From: Eledone cirrhosa
Lineage: Eukaryota
Direction: 5' to 3'
Length of the DNA stretch: 64,000 nt
NCBI GenBank assembly: GCA_964016885.1
Contig: OZ024743.1
Span: forward strand, 229,462,001 to 229,526,000
Shown here: piece by piece, positions 57,693 through 64,000 of the stretch
Layout of the letters: every line of letters begins with the position of its first letter
Position numbering within the stretch: the stretch's first letter is position 1
Translations under genes and position numbers: made by a program
Notes under the pieces: generated by a model
The model's database searches: none
What the model was told of the DNA's origin: nothing
The model's input: the letters and a program-made list of their open reading frames with translations, nothing else

Positions 57693-57847
57693 TTCACTAT
57701 TTAACGATCGTTTCTAGGGTATATATGTGTTATAATTGGTATGCATATTTAACAGATCTATGTACAAAATTATACAAAATTATACAAATTATCAAGATTA
57801 AATATACATACCTAACTCATATATACGCCGTCTTCAGAAATAATGAA
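57693..57847 (-). ncRNA. Type I hammerhead ribozyme with long stem II at the PLE 3' end
   Basis: Minus strand: ttcattattt-CUGAAGA-long stem II (gtatatatg/catatatac; ggtatgtatatttaa/ttaaatatgcatacc)-GAAA-cgatcg-UU-aaatagtgaa. 10-bp stem I, palindromic stem III, GUU site; base of stem II imperfect. Confidence 0.85.
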
Positions 57848-58429
57848 GTATATTTATTGATAATAATAACAATTCAAAATATCAGTTCAAAATTGACCAA
57901 TGAAAACACAAAGGGTTAAAAAGCAGTTTGGTGTGTGTATATACATGTAAAATCCCACACACATTTTACAATAATGTGTGTATAATTTGTATGTGCATAC
58001 CAAAAAGATGGATGCAAATAAAAAATTTCAAGGTTAATATCTCTGTAAGCTTAATGCGCTGATAAGATACGCAATGATACTTATGGAGTCAAGCATATAA
58101 ATATATTTTTTTCATACTCACACATATCAGTATAATCACACATACATGTGCGTATATATATAAATATACACATAACCACGAACACACAAACACACACACT
58201 CCCCCACTCACATTTATATATGTGGATATAAAATCATAAGCAAATAGAAATTAAGTCACTCACATAAACACACTGGTACACACATTTCAAGATCAAGATA
58301 CAGAAATTAGGTGGGAGGGGGGGGGGGGAGGGGTCAATATTAGATTGTCAGACCAGACAGCCTAATATAAATGTATCTATAAATTATGAAAAATAAAAAA
58401 ATAAAAACAATAAAATATAATACATATAA

Positions 58430-58618
58430 TATAATGTACATACGCATACAGATATACATACACATACATACATGTACGCGCACATAGAGATATCTACACA
58501 TACATACATACACACATACCTATACTTTCATCCACACGCATACATTTACACGAACATACACATACACATATAAGAAGATATAAATACGGACACACACACG
58601 CGCAAGACATACACACAT

Positions 58619-58669
<51 letters not shown>

Positions 58670-59034
58670 TATACACACACACATAGACTCATATATATAT
58701 ACATACACATACATACACTTATACACAAACATATATATCCCACACTCATACCACCATAAAAACACATACAAACATGCAGATGTATATATATATATATATA
58801 CACGTACATATATATATCAACATACACACACGTACACATATATGTATATATACATACACATATACACACATACACATATATTTATACACACACACATAAA
58901 ATACAGACATGCACATATATATATATATATATATATATTTCATTACTCTTATATATACACATAGTATATATACATACACAACCTCACTTATACACATATA
59001 CACATAAGTTATATTACAATAATAATAAAGAATA

Positions 59035-59065
<31 letters not shown>

Positions 59066-59204
59066 TATACACACATATACACATATACATACATATACAT
59101 ACATATACATACATACATACACATACATACATACACCTAAATATAAACATATATAAATACACACATACGAATAAAGACATATATTCACACATAGACACCT
59201 ATAT

Positions 59205-59240
<36 letters not shown>

Positions 59241-59760
59241 ATATACACACACATACACATACATACACATATATATATATATACACATATACACACACGC
59301 ACACACATACAGACACACATACACACTCACATATATATATATATATATATATATGTGTATGTGAGTGTGCGCAAATACATATATATATATACACACACAC
59401 ATACAAACACACACAAACACATACATATGCATACATGCACACACACACACATATATCACATAGATACGAAGATAAACATATAAATAGAGAGACATACAAA
59501 TATATACAGAACCCATATACACATACATACAAACACGCATATACATATATATACATATATACACACATATATATTCCTATATACAAGCATACACATACAC
59601 ACACATATATACATATACATACACATATACATACCACACATTCACATACACGTACATATATAATACATATATATACATATATATACATACATATGTATGT
59701 ACAATCATATATACACACTCAATCTTACATTCATATTTACATGCTCATATATGTATTTTT
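58430..59760. repeat. Cryptic (CA/TA)n block within the putative PLE 3' UTR
   Basis: 1.3 kb of alternating purine-pyrimidine sequence. Confidence 0.85.
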
Positions 59761-61078
59761 ATATTTAGAAATAAATACCAAAAAAACTATATAGACACCC
59801 ATCTACACATATATTCATACATATACACTTACAAAAACAGATGATAATAGTATGGGGGAAAGGGGGGGTTTGGAGAAGGGGATCAAAGTAAATATAAGTT
59901 TCAAGAAACATATAATATTTTCCATATCTTAATTCAATGTATGTTCCTACATATTTACAGTGCTAGGAAATACGAAATCTATGCATCACAAAATAAAAAA
60001 GTATACCATTAATCATATGTCAACTAAACCAAAGATAGTCAACATATTGATTTCCAAGGTGTAAATTAGTTAGGTTTATAATATTTGAAGCAGAATTATG
60101 AAGTCAAACAGTAGTAGATTATTAATTACATTATAACTAAATTAAAGTTAATAACATTATGGTATCAATATTAGGAGATGAATTTAGTAATAGGGAAAAG
60201 AAACCCAAATAAAAATAAAATAAAGTATTACATCGGTAGTAGCATATAAATTATATGTTAACTAAGTTAAAAATTATATATTTATTTCAATAGTATATGT
60301 TAATTAGTATATGTTAATTAGGTATACAATACATAAAGCAGATATTTTATTTCATCAATAGCATAATATAATTATATGCAAATAAAAATCAAAACTAATA
60401 CGTATACATATACATATACATACACATACACATACATATACATATACATACACATATATATATATATATATACATATATATACACATACATACATATATA
60501 ATCACATAAATATACATACAGATACACATACAACACACACATATACATATACATATAGATATACATATCTTTTTCAAAAAATTTGCACAGAATATATTAA
60601 CTAGGTATATATCCAAAAACACCTCCCATTCTATGATTACATGACATTCTGCAATTCGTCTGTACAAGGATACTAATTTTAAGCAAATTAAAATTAAAAT
60701 TAAAGTTTTAGGTTGATTAAAGCTAAAACCAAATAATAAATATATTTCCAAAATGTATATTAATTAGGTCAATAATACTAAAAATTCTATCTCCGTCATA
60801 GGATACATGATATTATTTTGTTATATTTTATCTGTAAAAGAATTATAATAAAAAAAATTATAATAAAAGGTTAAACTAAATTAAAAAATTATAATAAAAG
60901 GTTAAAATAAGTTAAAATTAATCTATAAATTAAATTACTGAATATATATTAGTAATATTTAAAGGTTTTTCAAAATTAATGATTACATAATATTTTCTCA
61001 TCTGTAATAAAATATTAATTAAATTAAATTTATAGGTTAACTAACATTTAAATTAAATTAAATTCTAGAATAATGTTA

Positions 61079-63008
61079 TTAATTAGGTTTATAATATTTA
61101 AATGTTTTTTTTAGTTTATGATTACACGATATAATTAATTCCTGTCTTTTATTTAATAAGATATCCCTAGACTTCATTATTTCAAATAGTTCTTGGGAAC
61201 ATAATCTACATTCCTTTCTATTATTTTGATAAGGGGTGGCTCTTTTGAGCACACCCCAGGTCAAATCATATTTTATATTTTTATTTTTATAACTATTGAT
61301 TTTTTCTGCTAGAGATGTTGTATTAGCCAGTGCGGCATTTTTAAAGCTATGTTTGTGGGTATTATACCTTGTCTTAAAATTGTTAGAGGTAGCTCCTATA
61401 TATGAGCAAATAGAATCTTTAGTTTTAACATTACATTTATAGACTATGTTGTTAACAAGACAATTCCCTTTTAATGGGCAGTTTGTTTTGTTTCTACAGT
61501 TACATCCTTTCGTTAATTCTGTATTTGAGGAGATATTATTGTTAATTTGATGTACTGGTGGTATACTTATAGTTTTCTTACATTTATATGCATTATATGC
61601 ACTTATATTTTGTTTTATGTTATTTGTTGTAGAATATGAGAATTTAACTGTAGACCTATTTAAGATTTGATGGTATTTGTGGTTTGGCGGGAAGTTTTTC
61701 TCAAGGATATAAAAAAATTTTTTTAGCAATATTATCCTTAACTTGTAAATTAAAAGGAGCATTATACCAAGTAACTCGTCTATTACGGTTTCTATGTTGT
61801 TTATTATTTTTATTATTTTTATATGTTGTATCATGATTTTTACTAGGAGGAATAATGTTAATGATCTCACCACAACTATTTTTAGTTATATTTGTAGATT
61901 TAGATGTTTTATCTTTTTTATTAGGAGTTTTATTATTAATATTTATTATAGTCTTATGATGAGTAGTTTTTTGAGGGTTACTATACTTTATATTAGAAGA
62001 TTTAGTATTTTGGGGTATACTGTGGGTGGCATTTAGGTGTGTACTTTTCATTTGGTGTTTGTTGGTAATATTATGCTGTATGCTTTCAGTATTTTTAGTA
62101 GAAGGTATATACTCTAATCTATTTTTGTGGCCACTTCTATCTAGAGCTTCATTATAAAAGGTCGCATTTTTATCAAATACATCTTGGTTAGAAGAAAGGT
62201 TAGAAATTCTAAGTGATATATTATATGCAAGGTTTTTAAGGATAGATTTAGGGTGATTAGATTGTGAGTGTATGTAATGTAAGTTTTGGTTAGGTTTATG
62301 GTAAGGTTGGTATATACCCGTAGCTAAATCTAAAGTTATATCTAGGAAATTTACTACTTTACTTGTTTTTTCAAAAGTAATATTAAGATTATAATAGTCT
62401 TTAAGGAAAGTTCTAATATGCTTTTTGTTTTTTTCGATTTCTGAAAGGCTAAGGTTGTTAGAAAGAAGAAGACAGTCATCACGATATAAACCACCTTTGA
62501 GGTGGGGAAAAGAGGCATTTATGTTGAAAAGGAGAAAGAGGCCCACAAGATCAGTAATTTGGGCAGAATCGCTTGAACCCATAGTAATATCAAAAAGATT
62601 ACTATAAGTGTTTCTGGTCCAGTATTCATTCTGAAATTCAATAAGTGTTTGTCTAGCATGTGTAATAATGTTAATGTCATCCGAAGTTAAATTAGATCTA
62701 TTTTTAGCAAATATTAATGCTTTGTTCAGGAGTATGGGTGATATAGAAGAATAATAATTATCTATATCAAACTGTAGGAAAGAAGCAGAAGATTTACACC
62801 TAATATTTTTAAACCAATTAATTACCTGGGAGGTGTTTTCCCAGAGTGGTAAAATAACGTATTTTCTTATTTGTGGGATGACTCTATCTAAAATTTTTTT
62901 GCTAATTATTCCAATATCTGATTTGGAGGGACATATAAGTCTAATAGAAGGATTAGAGTTAAAGTTAGATTTGTGATCTTTCAGGTTGAAGTGTGGACTT
63001 CTCAAAAG
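61079..63008 (-). pseudogene. Penelope-like element ORF (reverse transcriptase + C-terminal GIY-YIG endonuclease), 5'-truncated, one +1 frameshift
   Basis: ORF 61701-63011 has RT motifs FLQFDIDNYYSSI, DITMGSSDSA, LYRDD, VNFLDITLDL, YIHSQSNHP. Overlapping ORF 61079-61873 has CNC..CPLKGNC, IVYKC..SYIGAT..FKTRY..H, CRLC..E, LNKRQE..CNH. The frames join across an A7T7 run at ~61711-61724. Confidence 0.95.
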
Positions 63009-63010
63009 CA

Positions 63011-64000
63011 AGTAAAGTAGTAAATTTCCTAGATATAACTTTAGATTTAGCTACGGGTATATACCAACCTTACCATAAACCTAACCAAAACTTACATTAC
63101 ATACACTCACAATCTAATCACCCTAAATCTATCCTTAAAAACCTTGCATATAATATATCACTTAGAATTTCTAACCTTTCTTCTAACCAAGATGTATTTG
63201 ATAAAAATGCGACCTTTTATAATGAAGCTCTAGATAGAAGTGGCCACAAAAATAGATTAGAGTATATACCTTCTACTAAAAATACTGAAAGCATACAGCA
63301 TAATATTACCAACAAACACCAAATGAAAAGTACACACCTAAATGCCACCCACAGTATACCCCAAAATACTAAATCTTCTAATATAAAGTATAGTAACCCT
63401 CAAAAAACTACTCATCATAAGACTATAATAAATATTAATAATAAAACTCCTAATAAAAAAGATAAAACATCTAAATCTACAAATATAACTAAAAATAGTT
63501 GTGGTGAGATCATTAACATTATTCCTCCTAGTAAAAATCATGATACAACATATAAAAATAATAAAAATAATAAACAACATAGAAACCGTAATAGACGAGT
63601 TACTTGGTATAATGCTCCTTTTAATTTACAAGTTAAGGATAATATTGCTAAAAAATTTTTTTATATCCTTGAGAAAAACTTCCCGCCAAACCACAAATAC
63701 CATCAAATCTTAAATAGGTCTACAGTTAAATTCTCATATTCTACAACAAATAACATAAAACAAAATATAAGTGCATATAATGCATATAAATGTAAGAAAA
63801 CTATAAGTATACCACCAGTACATCAAATTAACAATAATATCTCCTCAAATACAGAATTAACGAAAGGATGTAACTGTAGAAACAAAACAAACTGCCCATT
63901 AAAAGGGAATTGTCTTGTTAACAACATAGTCTATAAATGTAATGTTAAAACTAAAGATTCTATTTGCTCATATATAGGAGCTACCTCTAACAATTTTAAG
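63011..64000 (+). CDS. Second, inverted PLE copy: C-terminal RT, linker and GIY-YIG start in one open frame running off the window end
   Basis: Reverse complement of 61373-62365; reads SKVVNFLDITL...NIAKKFFYILEKNFPPNHKY...SYIGATSNNFK (330 codons). The run at ~63650 has A6 instead of A7, so no frameshift. Confidence 0.9.

Larger units (their letters stand above)
57641..64000. mobile_element. Head-to-head PLE insertion: minus copy 63008->57641 (ORF, ~3.4 kb putative 3' UTR, terminal hammerhead) plus inverted copy from 63009
   Basis: Inverted identity of the ORF arms; hammerhead at 57693-57847 on the ORF strand; ends at (TA)n 57614-57640. Continuity of the UTR is inferred. Confidence 0.75.

Noticed and set aside
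61794-62036. Hydrophobic ORF antisense to the PLE linker (also 63338-63580)
   Set aside because: Shadow frame of the A-rich coding strand.

Overview
AT-rich, microsatellite-saturated animal DNA, most likely an octopus-type cephalopod judging by its SINEs and repeats (inference). No host protein-coding gene is confidently supported; almost all listed ORFs are simple-repeat translations. The only real protein is a Penelope-like element (PLE) RT + GIY-YIG, present as two head-to-head 5'-truncated copies at 57641-64000. The right copy is in frame where the left is frameshifted, and the left copy is followed by a long putative 3' UTR ending in a hammerhead ribozyme. The main hidden signal is about 18 type I hammerhead motifs (intact or slightly decayed, folded by eye) from roughly a dozen unrelated sequence families. 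They lie in small non-coding inserts, mostly within (TA)n tracts. Most of these inserts share one architecture: a short inverted arm head-to-head with a longer arm carrying an extra 3' tail. In one family the short arm always ends at the same nucleotide. Also present: many tRNA-derived SINEs (some with TSDs, one fold-back copy), RTE LINE fragments (one twin-priming inversion), a non-autonomous Helitron, MITEs, a ~3.7 kb tandem duplication giving a filled/empty insertion-site pair, and a ~628 bp tandem repeat.
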